64,000 nucleotides of DNA. It comes from Calditrichia bacterium (GTDB taxonomy: Bacteria > Calditrichota > Calditrichia > JAJRVZ01). The notes under the pieces were generated by a model. It was not told where the DNA came from. It did not search any database and saw only the letters and a list, made by a program, of their open reading frames with translations. The first letter of the stretch is position 1. Each line of letters begins with the position of its first letter. The stretch is taken from NCBI GenBank assembly GCA_963777955.1, contig CAVZSQ010000022.1, forward strand, positions 384,001-448,000, read 5' to 3'. The position numbers and the translations under genes were made by a program. Below, piece by piece: positions 11,506 through 22,339 of the stretch.

Positions 11506-12821
11506 TTTATATCCGTGGTTTTTTCCGTGAATTTTAATCCGGTTCCGGCCAGTTGATCCAGCACCGGATTGTAGATAGCCGGCTGTACCGGTATATGTAC
11601 CCCCGGCATATTTATTTTTCCCTGCAGGATCATCACAGCTGCGATTGCGGCAGGTAAACTTACCGTACGGGACATGGCCGAATCACCATCAGGAATCCCC
11701 TGATCCACCAGCAGGGAAGTGATCAGTTGTTTATTATTTTTAAATTGAGCGATAAAGCGATGATAAAGTACGATCAGGTCTAATTCGTCTTCTTTTAAAA
11801 CCAGTTTCTGCTGCAGCAGGTTACAGAACATATCCATTACATTTTTTTCATCGGGCAAGGGAGTGCTGTCAAACAAACCCAACCAGACAAATCTCTGGAT
11901 GACGGAGTCATACTTTTCCAGGCCAAGGAATTTAGCCGTATCAGCCGGCAGGTCTGCACTGGTTTGAGCGGAGATCAATTTCATGGTCATATCCCGGTAG
12001 GTCAGCTTTTTCAGATCTTCACGGGGTGTATCATCAAATAAACCCAATTCGGAAGCCTTTTTCATGGTGGCACACCAGCCGATATTACGCAGGGTGCCTC
12101 TGAACACCGTCTGCGCATCTTTCAATCCATACAATTCCCGATAGGGTAGTGCATTGCGATTGGTATAAGCTTCGAAAGCACCCACTCCATCGATATCGAT
12201 TATCTCATAGTTTTTAAACAGATCTTTGCTGGGAATGAAAATGACCTTTCCATTGTACAAATATTGGCCGGAATTCCGTCCAGCCATTACTACTCCCCGC
12301 GGGCTCCAGGAAAATTTATAACCGAAAGGGTTGTTATTATGCTGCCTGGCCGGCAGGCCGCCGCAATATGATTGAAAACTGACAATTTTCCCCCCCTGCT
12401 GCTGTACCTGGTGAATAATGCGCATGGCCGACATGTGATCAATACCGGGATCCAGACCGATTTCATTCAGAAAACACAATCCGGCTGATTTGGCAGCCTG
12501 ATCCAGGTCCTGCATCGCTTTACTGACATAGGAAGTGGTGATCAGATGCTTTTTATGTTTCAAACAAAGATTGGCAATTTGGACATGATGAATATAGGGT
12601 ACCAGACTGATGGCTAAATCGCAACCGGCCAGCAGGCGGTCCAGATTTTTTTCGTCATCGACATTCAAAGTTTCCGCGGAAGAATTTGAAAATCCCCGGA
12701 TCAGAGCTTCTGCTTTGCTGACGGTACGTGAAGCTACTTTTACCTGAAAACCACTTTTCAATAAATGGACAACCAGCGGTTTGGAAACCAGGCCGGCGCC
12801 AAGCACTAAAATATTTTTCAT
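11502..12821 (-). CDS. saccharopine dehydrogenase (LYS9-like, glutamate-forming)
   Basis: VLGAGLV, NEIGLDPGIDH, SYCGGLP, YKFSWSP, RGTLR and AMSRTV motifs. Confidence 0.93.
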   Translation of the reverse strand: MKNILVLGAGLVSKPLVVHLLKSGFQVKVASRTVSKAEALIRGFSNSSAETLNVDDEKNLDRLLAGCDLAISLVPYIHHVQIANLCLKHKKHLITTSYVSKAMQDLDQAAKSAGLCFLNEIGLDPGIDHMSAMRIIHQVQQQGGKIVSFQSYCGGLPARQHNNNPFGYKFSWSPRGVVMAGRNSGQYLYNGKVIFIPSKDLFKNYEIIDIDGVGAFEAYTNRNALPYRELYGLKDAQTVFRGTLRNIGWCATMKKASELGLFDDTPREDLKKLTYRDMTMKLISAQTSADLPADTAKFLGLEKYDSVIQRFVWLGLFDSTPLPDEKNVMDMFCNLLQQKLVLKEDELDLIVLYHRFIAQFKNNKQLITSLLVDQGIPDGDSAMSRTVSLPAAIAAVMILQGKINMPGVHIPVQPAIYNPVLDQLAGTGLKFTEKTTDIK

Positions 12822-13002
12822 AAAAAAATCTCCCCGGTTTAATAACTCAGGTTAAACCATTTATAAAAAATACGAGTATTTGAAATTAGAATCAAACAAT
12901 ACAAACTATCCGGCTTACTCATATAGCAGGCCGTGATAAATTGTGCAGATAATTGATATTCTGGTCATTTTTTTTTAAGTTAATTAATAAAAATATTCAG
13001 GA

Positions 13003-14040
13003 ATGGAAATGCGTATGAAAAAGAGAATAATCATAATACTGATCGGATTAGGCCTGCTGGCGATTTTCTGTAATAAGGATGTGTACAGATTGAAAAAAGG
13101 AACACCCGCCTATCAACTTGCCCAGAATCTTTCCCAGGTTATTCCGGCCCTTGATCCGACCAAAGATCAATTGGTGATTACCACCAGGTATTTCAATGTT
13201 TATGCTGCCGAGGTAGTCAATGCCCTGCAGGATAATTTTGGTAAACGTACGGAACAATTATCGAAATTGCCGGCTGCCGAATTGAAAAAAGTTATCCTGG
13301 ATAATGGCCGCGGCGTCGCCGAAAATAAGTTGCTGGTACGGGCAGCTGAACAGGCCGGTATCACCGTAGGTCAAACTGAGCAGGATAGCGTATTTAAACT
13401 TCAATGTGATCGGGTCGGGGGAGAAGAACGCTATAAACAACTGCTGCAGCAAAACAACCTTGATCTGGAATTTGTAAAACAGGATTTGCACAAGAGTTTG
13501 CTCATCCAGCATTATTTTAATGAGAAAATTTTAAAAACTGTTCAGGTCACCGAGCAGGATGTACTGCAGGCCTACGAGAATGACTCGCTGCAGGATAAAT
13601 ACGCTACCGTACGGCATATTCTATTGCTGACCCAGGGGAAGAGTGATCCGGAAAAGGCGGCCCAGCGCAAGAGACTTGAAGACATTCGCCAGCGGGCATT
13701 GCAGGGAGAAGATTTTGCCCAGTTAGCTCAAAAGTATACCGAAGATCCCGGTTCACAAAAAAGTGGCGGATTATATAAGAATTTTGAGCGCGGTGACATG
13801 GTCAAGGAATTTGATGAAGCATCCTTTAACCTGCCCATCGGTGAAATCAGTGATATTATAGAAACCCAGTATGGCTACCATATATTGAAAGTGATTGAGC
13901 GTAAAAAGGCAGCCGGACTTTTAAATGAAATGCGCCCGGAAATTCTTAAACGTTTACAGCAGCAAAAGCAGGAAATGGCCTTGCAAACAGAGATTGACAA
14001 ATTAAAAACGGAAGCTGAATATAAGCAAGTTGAGTTTTGA
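13003..14040 (+). CDS. parvulin-type peptidylprolyl isomerase (PrsA/SurA-like)
   Basis: VRHILL...GEDFAQLA...EDPGS...MVKEF...ETQYGYHI; N-terminal signal with Cys. Confidence 0.9.
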   Translation: MEMRMKKRIIIILIGLGLLAIFCNKDVYRLKKGTPAYQLAQNLSQVIPALDPTKDQLVITTRYFNVYAAEVVNALQDNFGKRTEQLSKLPAAELKKVILDNGRGVAENKLLVRAAEQAGITVGQTEQDSVFKLQCDRVGGEERYKQLLQQNNLDLEFVKQDLHKSLLIQHYFNEKILKTVQVTEQDVLQAYENDSLQDKYATVRHILLLTQGKSDPEKAAQRKRLEDIRQRALQGEDFAQLAQKYTEDPGSQKSGGLYKNFERGDMVKEFDEASFNLPIGEISDIIETQYGYHILKVIERKKAAGLLNEMRPEILKRLQQQKQEMALQTEIDKLKTEAEYKQVEF

Positions 14041-14047
14041 GAATAAT

Positions 14048-14078
14048 GACCTCCGAGGTTTGCAGAACCTCGGAGGTC
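14048..14078. repeat. ACCTCCGAGGT-family REP-like palindrome (copy 1 of 3)
   Basis: GACCTCCGAGGTT-tgcag-AACCTCGGAGGTC between convergent genes. Confidence 0.85.
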
Positions 14079-14084
14079 GACAAT

Positions 14085-15998
14085 TTAATTCTTTTTGAAT
14101 ACAAATTTTGTCTGGTCGTTATGTGCGACCTTTTTAATAAAATCCACATATTCACAATATAATTCCGCCGGAATAGTTTTTACTTTCAATTCATATCTGC
14201 GTGTATAGTTAAAAATACTCTGCTGAAAAGAATAACTGGTAGCGTAGGCAGCAAAGGCTGTCTGTAAATCACACGGTTTGGGCCCGGCTTCCAGTTCATA
14301 TCCGAAAGGCAGCTGCATGGCCACACTATCCAGATTTACATAGGGATAGTCAAATTCAAGTGGAAATTTCCTCGATTTATTCTCGGGCAGAAATACTCCG
14401 GTACGTTGATTAAGAATATTGGGATTGATAAGAATCCTGGAAGCGGTAAATACGCCGGCATTATGGAAGTCAGCTGTGAACATCAGGCGCAGCTGGGGTT
14501 GTTCTGCGGACTTCCATTGATGTACCTGCAAATTACTGATGTCCGGATTTACGGTGAATCTGCCGATAAGTTTATTGAACCATTCTTTAAATTCGGATGG
14601 CTTGGTATTCATATACTGAGCCATCATGTCATGCTTTTCATTACCGGTCAGATCAATCTCAGCCGTGCAGTTGAGAATACCGTTGTAGGGCAGCCTGCCT
14701 TCGATTTTGCTGGTCCATTTATTATCGCTGGATTTACTCTGGAAAGTTGTAACCAGGTCGTTCTGATCGTCTTTTACCAGCAGCACATCGCACCCCTCGA
14801 TTTCCCAGGTTGTCTCCCCGGCCCCAAGGTGGTCGGCAGTTGTTTCCAGCCAGATTGTATCGGTTTCAGCAGGAATACAGGTGATGGCATGATTGAATCG
14901 TTTATCAGGAAAATCTCTGATTACCCGCCCATTCATCCCGGGTCAGGATTATAGCCGGGTATGCGTTGATTCCCGCCTGCCGTAGCATGGCAACCATCAG
15001 GGTACTCAGATCTTTACAATCACCAAAACAATTATTATAGACCGAAGCAGCCGGATGCGGTTGCCATCCGCCAATACCGAGACTTATTGCCACATAGCGG
15101 GTTTTGTTCTGCAGGCAAGCATACAGATTTTCAATGATTTCGTTTCGATTGGTACAGGTGGCAATGATACTGTCTACAGTATTGATTGCTGCCGGAGGGA
15201 GATCATACTTACCCGCCCACAGGTCATTACACCAGCGGGCTATGGTACTCCAGGATGCTGTTGATCCTGAATAGTCATCGATTTTAAAGTTGAGTGCATT
15301 AAACAGCAGAGCTGTCTGAGTGTTATTCTCAACCGGCATTAAATCTTCTTCTATCCGGGCTTTAAGGGTATCCAGTTGCCAGATATACACCTGATTACCG
15401 TCCACGGTCTTCTGTTCAGGCTTCAGGTCAAGGCCGATGGGGTAACATTTATATTCGATCGGGTTTCTGCAGTACCAGTTTATAAATGGATTTTAAGACA
15501 GGAACATCCTCCTGCGGGTCCCAATTGGGCCAGAAAAAAAGACTGCTGTACTCTATTTTCATAATCATATTCCAGCAGGTACGGATAGGTCGAATAATCA
15601 AGTTCAAAGTATGTATATTTTGTATCCTCGTATAAAATGTATCCCGGGGTTAAGGTGGATTCTTTGATTTCTTTTTTGTTCAGCTTTTTTAAAACTTTGC
15701 CGTTAAGGTCTTTGATAAAAGCATGAATCGAATTGATCTCAACAAATTTATTTTCATAAAGAGTTATCCGGCCGAATCTCTCCCCTTCGGCACTGTTGAC
15801 CTGAATGATGCAATGTTTTTTAAAAGTAGCCTGTTGCGCAGATTCAATGATCATTTCATTCTCGTCCAGTATAATCATAGCCGAGCTGTCACTTTTTAAC
15901 TCCCCGGCCTGCAGCAGCGTAACCAGCAGGCAGGAATAAATTAACAGAGTGCAAATGGTGAATGATGAGATTGTGGATCGAATTTTCATTGTGGTCAT
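14085..15998 (-). CDS. DUF3857 + transglutaminase-like protein with catalytic Cys retained; several frameshifts
   Basis: Three consecutive ORF pieces; signal peptide, RYVAISLGIGGWQPH, GDCKD, FNHAI, R..PLEFDYPY. Confidence 0.85.
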
Positions 15999-16032
15999 GC
16001 TGATTGTCCGTTTTAAGTTGCCGGCAGAGAAC

Positions 16033-17373
16033 TTACTTTATATTAAAAATGATTTGTTTCTGATCAGCGTTTACCATTTCGTTATACACCTGTCGTAGAT
16101 TTTTATATTCCAGTGCCGGATAGGTCTCTTTAGCCAACTTGAATATTCTTTGAATCTCGATTTCATTGTCTATACTCAGGGAAAATAAATTAAAGGAAAT
16201 ACCCTGGAAGGCCATTTTGGCTTTAGGGGGTGCTTCGTTCAGGGAATATCCAACCGGTATTTTTAATTTAATTTTCTCGACGTTATTCATGGTATACGGA
16301 TAATCAACCGGGAAATCGCTTTTTTCCGATTTAAAGGGATTACTTTTCTGTTTGCCGAGATAGGGTGGGGAAAAATAAATCAATTTATCCACCGTTTGGA
16401 AAGTAATCGGGAATGGAAATTTGTCGTATGAAAGGTAAATGGCTGGTACGGATCGTCTAAATTTGAAATGGCCACTGAATCCAGTTGTGCGCCGATAAAC
16501 AGATCATCCAATTTATTCTGCAGATAATCTTTAGCGTCGGGACCGGTAAAATTTGACCGTTCGGCGATGGCTGCATAACCGTTATAGTTCCAATTTGATT
16601 TCAGAATCATTTTTCCGTTTTTTTCCAGAATCACCTCGGAGGCAATTTCGGATCCGCTGGGCAACCGCAGGCTTCGGAATGTTAATCAGTTTTCCTTTTT
16701 CCCGGTCAAACAGGAATCCGTAGGGTACTACAGAATCATCGGGGAGCAGGCCATAGGGACAATATTTTTCCCGGGTGTCCAGTACAATATATTCCTCCCC
16801 TTTACTGACCGCCGCCAGCAGATAATTAAATTGCGTCGTGGTAATAAACTCAGGCCTGAATTTTCCGTTGCTGCGGGTGCTGATCAATATCGGGACAGCC
16901 TGTAATCCGGCATTTTTAAGCAGGTTAATCAGCAGCAAGTTCTTTTCGACAGGATTTCCTTTTTTTGTTTCAAAAACCTGGATCGGCTTTTTAAAATCAG
17001 GACGGTATTTACCGCGATAATCTTCGGTTTCGATTCCCGCGCGGACAAAATCATATAAACTCTTAATTTTGGAAATATCCGTACTATCCGCACGCGTTAA
17101 TTCCACGGTCAAATCCTTTAATCCATCATCCGGATTGAGAAGTTCTTTGTACCATTCTGACATCACTTTGGCCATATCATCCCAGGTTTTGATAAAGGTA
17201 AAACTGAAAGACTCATCCTGATATGCTACCAGTTGAAAATGGATATAAGCCCTATAATCGTCTGGACTAGACATAAAAGGCTCCGGTTTTTCAGCCGGAA
17301 CCTTGCCCCAGTCCTGACCGGAAACACTCGTACAGAGTAATAAGCAGGATAGAATAAAAAATAAGATCTTCAT
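16033..17373 (-). CDS. transglutaminase-like protein lacking the catalytic Cys, with the DUF3857 domain deleted; frameshifted
   Basis: Close paralog of 18475-20413 (FIKTWDDMAK, KGNPVEKNLLL, YFSPPYL, NPFKS). Confidence 0.75.
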
Positions 17374-17491
17374 TTGTTTCCCTTAATTAATTATATGCTA
17401 TTTTTTTAAATGATATCTAAAGCGATCGAAGAATTAGTTACAGACTTAATATAGATGTTGAGGGTTATATCTCAAATAAAAATTTTTATTT

Positions 17492-17530
17492 TATACACCT
17501 CCGAGGTTTTGAGAACCTCGGAGGTGTATA
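17492..17530. repeat. ACCTCCGAGGT-family REP-like palindrome (copy 2)
   Basis: TATACACCTCCGAGGTT-ttgag-AACCTCGGAGGTGTATA. Confidence 0.85.
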
Positions 17531-17640
17531 GATCATTGCTTACTTTGGGAATATAAATTATATTTAAATACATCATTGAATTGTATTGTAGCAGGATTTA
17601 AAAATTCTATAATAATATTTTGAAAGAAGAGAAGTTTAAG

Positions 17641-18408
17641 ATGAATTCTGTACAAAATATTCGGATTGAAAAGTTTCAGATCCGGGCCTATGAAATCGAT
17701 ACGGCCGGCAAACTGTCGGTACCGGCTTTATGCGATTACATGCAGGAGGTTGCCGGCAATCATGCCCGGGCCCTGGGTGTGGGTTTTGAAGCCCTGCTCA
17801 AACAAAACATGATCTGGGTACTATCACGTCTGTTCCTGCAGATCGACACCTTGCCGCGCTGGTCTGAAAACATCAGCATCGAGACCTGGCCGGCGGTAGC
17901 CGATGGAAAATTTGCCCTGCGCGATTTTTTATTTCACACTGCTCAGGATCAGGTTTTTGGCAGGGCCACGACTTCGTGGATGGTGCTGGATATCCAGCAG
18001 CGTAAAGCTATCGCTCTGCCGCAGTCGGTCCACCAGATCCAGAGACCGGCACGGGAACGGGCCTTAGTCGATCCGTTTGCAAAATTACCGGCCCTGGCAA
18101 GGATCGATTGGCAGAAAAACTATCAGGTGTGCCTGAGTGACCTGGATCTGAATTTTCATGTCAATAATGTCAGTTATATCCGCTGGGCGCTGGACGCGAT
18201 TCCATTACCCATCTGGCAAGCGCGGCAACTATACTCGCTGGAGATCAGTTTCCGCGCTGAAAGTCATATCGATGAGATGGTCACCGTTCAGATCGGGCAG
18301 TCCGACGATAAAGGAGAACTTACTTTACAGCAGCGTCTGTTCCGTGAAACGGATCAGCAGGATCTGGCCGTTGTACGTACCCGCTGGAGAACGGTTCGGC
18401 CTGCCTGA
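17641..18408 (+). CDS. acyl-ACP thioesterase (FatA/FatB-type double hotdog)
   Basis: IRAYEID, DYMQEVAGNH, WVLSR and DLDLNFHVNN motifs. Confidence 0.9.
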   Translation: MNSVQNIRIEKFQIRAYEIDTAGKLSVPALCDYMQEVAGNHARALGVGFEALLKQNMIWVLSRLFLQIDTLPRWSENISIETWPAVADGKFALRDFLFHTAQDQVFGRATTSWMVLDIQQRKAIALPQSVHQIQRPARERALVDPFAKLPALARIDWQKNYQVCLSDLDLNFHVNNVSYIRWALDAIPLPIWQARQLYSLEISFRAESHIDEMVTVQIGQSDDKGELTLQQRLFRETDQQDLAVVRTRWRTVRPA

Positions 18409-18474
18409 AAGAAGTTACCTTGTGAAATGAATCTTACCATCCCCTGGCTTACCGGTAATCCTTCGGCTGACGGA

Positions 18475-20413
18475 TCATTTTGCATTGAGAATTATCTGCT
18501 TTTGATCGCTGGCGACCATCTCATCATAAAGTTGCCGTAGGTTTTTATATTCCGCGGGCATGAACGATTCGTTATAAATCTTAAAGACTCTTTGCAGTTC
18601 CAGTTCATTTTCTGTGCTGAAGGAAAATAAACTGAACGAAATATTCTGGAAAGCCAGCTTGGATTTAGGGGCTGCTTCGGATAGAGTATATCCGGCAGGT
18701 ATATTAATTTTGATTTTTTCATTGTATGTGACAGGGTAGGGATAATCAACCGGAAAGTATCTCTTCTGGCTTTTAAAGGGATTACTTTTAATTTTGCTTA
18801 AATAGGGCGGGGAAAAATATATCAGTTTGTCGCTGTGCTGAAAATAATCAGGAATTGTAATCTGTATCCAGATTGTCAGAGGTTTGTATATATTATCCAG
18901 ATCGGTAATTAAGAATGAATCAATTTTAGCCCCCACAAAAAGTTCGTCTACTTTTTTCTGTAAATGGTCCTTGTTGCCCGATTCTTTCAAGTTATGCCTC
19001 TCTTCAATTGCTGAATATCCGCTATAGCCCAAATTTGCAGTTAAAATGATTTTACCTTCTGTTTCCAGTTTTACGGCAGAGGTAATTTCGATCTGGTTTT
19101 GTCTTTTGGTATGAGTAATAGTAATGATGGACCCTTTATCTTTATCAACCAGGAATCCCTGGCGGACCAGTGATTGTTCGGGGAGCATTCCGTAAGGACA
19201 ATACTTATCCTGGGCATCTAAAAATATAAGCTTTTCATCCTGTTTAACGGCGGCCAGCAGATGATCAAACTGATTGAGCGTGGCGAAATCAGGTTTTAAT
19301 TTACCATTGTTTCTGCAGCTGATCATTACCGGATGCGTCTGGAATCCGGCATTCTGCAGCAGATTGAGCAGCAGCAAATTCTTTTCTACCGGATTTCCTT
19401 TTTTTGTCTCGTGAACTTTGGATCGGTTTTTTAAAATCTTCACCGAACAATCTGTCTTCATCCTCGGTTTCAATCTGACTGCAGACATAATCATAGATAC
19501 TTTTAATCTTTGTATTGATGCTGCTATCTGCTTTAATTAAAGCAGTGGCCACTTCCTCTAAATCAGCATCGGCAGCAAGGAAATCCTTGTATCGCTCGGT
19601 TATCCTTTTAGCCATATCATCCCAGGTCTTGATATAGGTGTAATTGACATATTGATTTTTGAAGGAAACTAACTGAAAATGAATTTTTGCCAGATAATCT
19701 TCACGGTTAAACATAAATGGTTCTGATTTCAGGGCGGGTACATCGGTCAATTTCCAGGTAAATGTCGACACTTTTTTCTCCCGCTTATTGACATCCATCT
19801 CCTGTCCTTCGGTATATACAGGATTGTAAAGATTCAGGTTTTCCTGGAAGGTCCTGAAATTCAGGCCATCGGTCAGCACTACCTTGACTTCACTCAAATA
19901 GGTATACTCAACATTCTGAAAGTACCATGGTTCGAGGTCATGGATATATTCACTGTGAATTTCGTAACTGTATTCAATGACGGATCCTACTTCAACACCC
20001 GGTATGGCAAATACTTTTACCTTCCAGTCTTCATGCTGCTGGTCATATATTGCCTTTTTATCTAATTTTGTTTTTTGCCCGCTGGTTGAAAAAGATTGAA
20101 CCCGCAAATCCCAGAAGTTATCTTCGTGCCAGTAATAGATTTTTACATCGGCATACTTTTTTCCGTTCTCGGTCAATATTTTCATGCGGTGGTATCGTTT
20201 ATAAATCATGGTCAAGTCGGACGTGGTTATGATCTCGCCTTTATCGAACAGGACAACTGCATCTGCTTCGGGATCTTCTTCAATTGCGGTCATGGTAAGT
20301 TCATCTTTGGAAATTTTACCCCATTCCTGGGTGTAGACATGAGTATCTGCTTCCTGGCCGATAACCGCAGTTACCAGCATCAGACCTGACAAAATAAAAA
20401 ATGAATTTTTCAT
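18475..20413 (-). CDS. DUF3857 + transglutaminase-like protein without catalytic Cys; frameshift near 19410-19420
   Basis: DPEADAVVLFD, RMKILTENG, VEVGSVIEYSY, PWYFQ and KGNPVEKNLLL motifs. Confidence 0.85.
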
Positions 20414-20629
20414 TTTATCTTCTCCGGACTATAAAAATTTTTTCTCAGAATGATACGCAGCGTATAAAAGAATTGCTAACGTATTAAATATAGGAGTCGG
20501 TTGCTTGCGCTCAAAGAATTATTTGATTCTTTTACTTTTTTGGCGGTTCAGCTGAGTCTGAATCTTGCAGGTGAATTTTATATATTGCAGAATATTCATT
20601 AAATTAGTCTGTAAATAATCCTACAACCT

Positions 20630-21664
20630 ATGTTATATAGAATACTCAGAAAAATCCTGTTTTTGTTCGACCCGGAATCGATTCATAATCTGGTTTGTTT
20701 TATGTTGCGGATAAAACCGGTCAGTAAATTCATGAAACTGTTATATCATTATGAAAATCCTGCTCTGTCGCGGGAAGTTTTCGGTTTAAAGTTCAAAAAT
20801 CCGCTCGGTATGGCAGCAGGATTTGATAAAGATGCCGAGTTGATCGGGCCACTGGCCGACCTGGGATTTGGCTTTGTGGAAATCGGTACGGCGACACCCC
20901 GTCCGCAAGCGGGCAATAATAGACCACGGCTCTTCCGCCTGGTTCAGGATGAGGCGCTGATCAACCGCATGGGTTTTAATAACCAGGGTGTGCAGAAGAT
21001 CAGCAAAAATCTGGCCGGGGTCGGCAGGACGATTATCGTTGGCGGAAATATCGGGAAAAATAAAGATACTCCTAACGAACGGGCGGTCGATGATTATTTG
21101 CAGTGTTTCGATGCGCTGTATGATCTGGTCGATTACTTCGCAATCAATATCAGTTCCCCTAATACTCCCGGTTTAAGAGAACTGCAGGATAAAGAACCGC
21201 TGCGAAATTTGCTGAAAAGTGTTCAGGCCCAGAATAGAAAAAAACCGGTACCTAAACCTGTCCTGTTGAAGATAGCGCCGGATCTGAGTTGGGAACAACT
21301 GGATGATATAATAGAAATTGTACAGCAAACGGGTATCGCCGGCATTATCGCCACCAATACCACAATTGAACGTCCGGGTTTAGCCACCTCGCCGGAGCGG
21401 ATAAAAAATATTGGTGCTGGAGGATTGAGCGGAAAACCGCTGGCCGACAGATCGACCGAGATCATCCGTTATATTACCACTAAATCCGCCGGCAAAATTG
21501 CCGTGATTGGTGTAGGGGGTATTCATGCCCCGCAGGACGCCCTGGAAAAGTTGCAGGCCGGGGCGGTACTGGTTCAACTCTATACCGGGTTTATTTATGA
21601 AGGACCAGGATTGATAAAACGCATCAAGAAATATTTAGTCTCAGACTATAATACCCATCCATAA
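20630..21664 (+). CDS. pyrD: quinone-dependent dihydroorotate dehydrogenase (class 2)
   Basis: [36 protein letters not shown] and GGLSG motifs. Confidence 0.97.
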   Translation: MLYRILRKILFLFDPESIHNLVCFMLRIKPVSKFMKLLYHYENPALSREVFGLKFKNPLGMAAGFDKDAELIGPLADLGFGFVEIGTATPRPQAGNNRPRLFRLVQDEALINRMGFNNQGVQKISKNLAGVGRTIIVGGNIGKNKDTPNERAVDDYLQCFDALYDLVDYFAINISSPNTPGLRELQDKEPLRNLLKSVQAQNRKKPVPKPVLLKIAPDLSWEQLDDIIEIVQQTGIAGIIATNTTIERPGLATSPERIKNIGAGGLSGKPLADRSTEIIRYITTKSAGKIAVIGVGGIHAPQDALEKLQAGAVLVQLYTGFIYEGPGLIKRIKKYLVSDYNTHP

Positions 21665-22249
21665 TTGATAAATTCCCAACAGTGCCAGCGCTGCTGCAGA
21701 GGCCAACGGTAGAATCTGTTTTACTTTTGGACCCAGTTGGCGGACGAAGGCAAAGACTAAAATTATTGCTATCGAACTTATGATCAGTGTGGGGTAGAAT
21801 CCTATCAACAAGGCCACTCCATGGGCGGGTGCTTCCCGCCACCCCTTTAAAAGTTGTGGACCCATGACCAGGCTCCAACCCAGATAGGGAGAGGGATTGA
21901 GCAAGTTTACCAGAGTGGCTTGTAACAGGTTAATCGATCCGGTTTGTTGAACAGGCAGTTCTTCAGTTTTAGCTGACAGGTATTTTTTCATGATACTGCA
22001 GGCCAGATAAAGTAGAAAAATACCACCGGCTAGACGAATGCTCCTCTCCAGCCAAATTGGCATTTGGCTTAATATTACCAGCATGAGAAAAATGATAGGT
22101 ATGTCACTGATCAACGGCGCAAAAGTGAGTGGCACAGTCCTGCGCCAGCCATTGTTCAGAGTTTGTGAAATAAGATAAGTTTGAAAAACTCCGGGTTGGG
22201 CAGCGGCGGCAAAACCGAAGGTTATTCCCTGCAGCAGGTAGATCCACAT
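21641..22249 (-). CDS. LysE family translocator
   Basis: PG motif in the first helix, G..FLLYLA, NLLNPSP; about six TM segments. Confidence 0.85.
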   Translation of the reverse strand: MWIYLLQGITFGFAAAAQPGVFQTYLISQTLNNGWRRTVPLTFAPLISDIPIIFLMLVILSQMPIWLERSIRLAGGIFLLYLACSIMKKYLSAKTEELPVQQTGSINLLQATLVNLLNPSPYLGWSLVMGPQLLKGWREAPAHGVALLIGFYPTLIISSIAIILVFAFVRQLGPKVKQILPLASAAALALLGIYQLWMGIIV

Positions 22250-22289
22250 TAAATTATCTCTGTTTTAATAACGGTTCGAAAAGATAAAA

Positions 22290-22336
22290 GATTTCTCACC
22301 CGATCCGGCGATAGCCGGACGGGATTCGAAATGACA
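22290..22336. repeat. GTCATTCC/GAAATGAC-family palindromic repeat (half element)
   Basis: GATTTCTCACCCGATCCGGCGATAGCCGGACGGGATTCGAAATGACA, almost identical to 34254-34301. Confidence 0.75.
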
Positions 22337-22339
22337 TGA

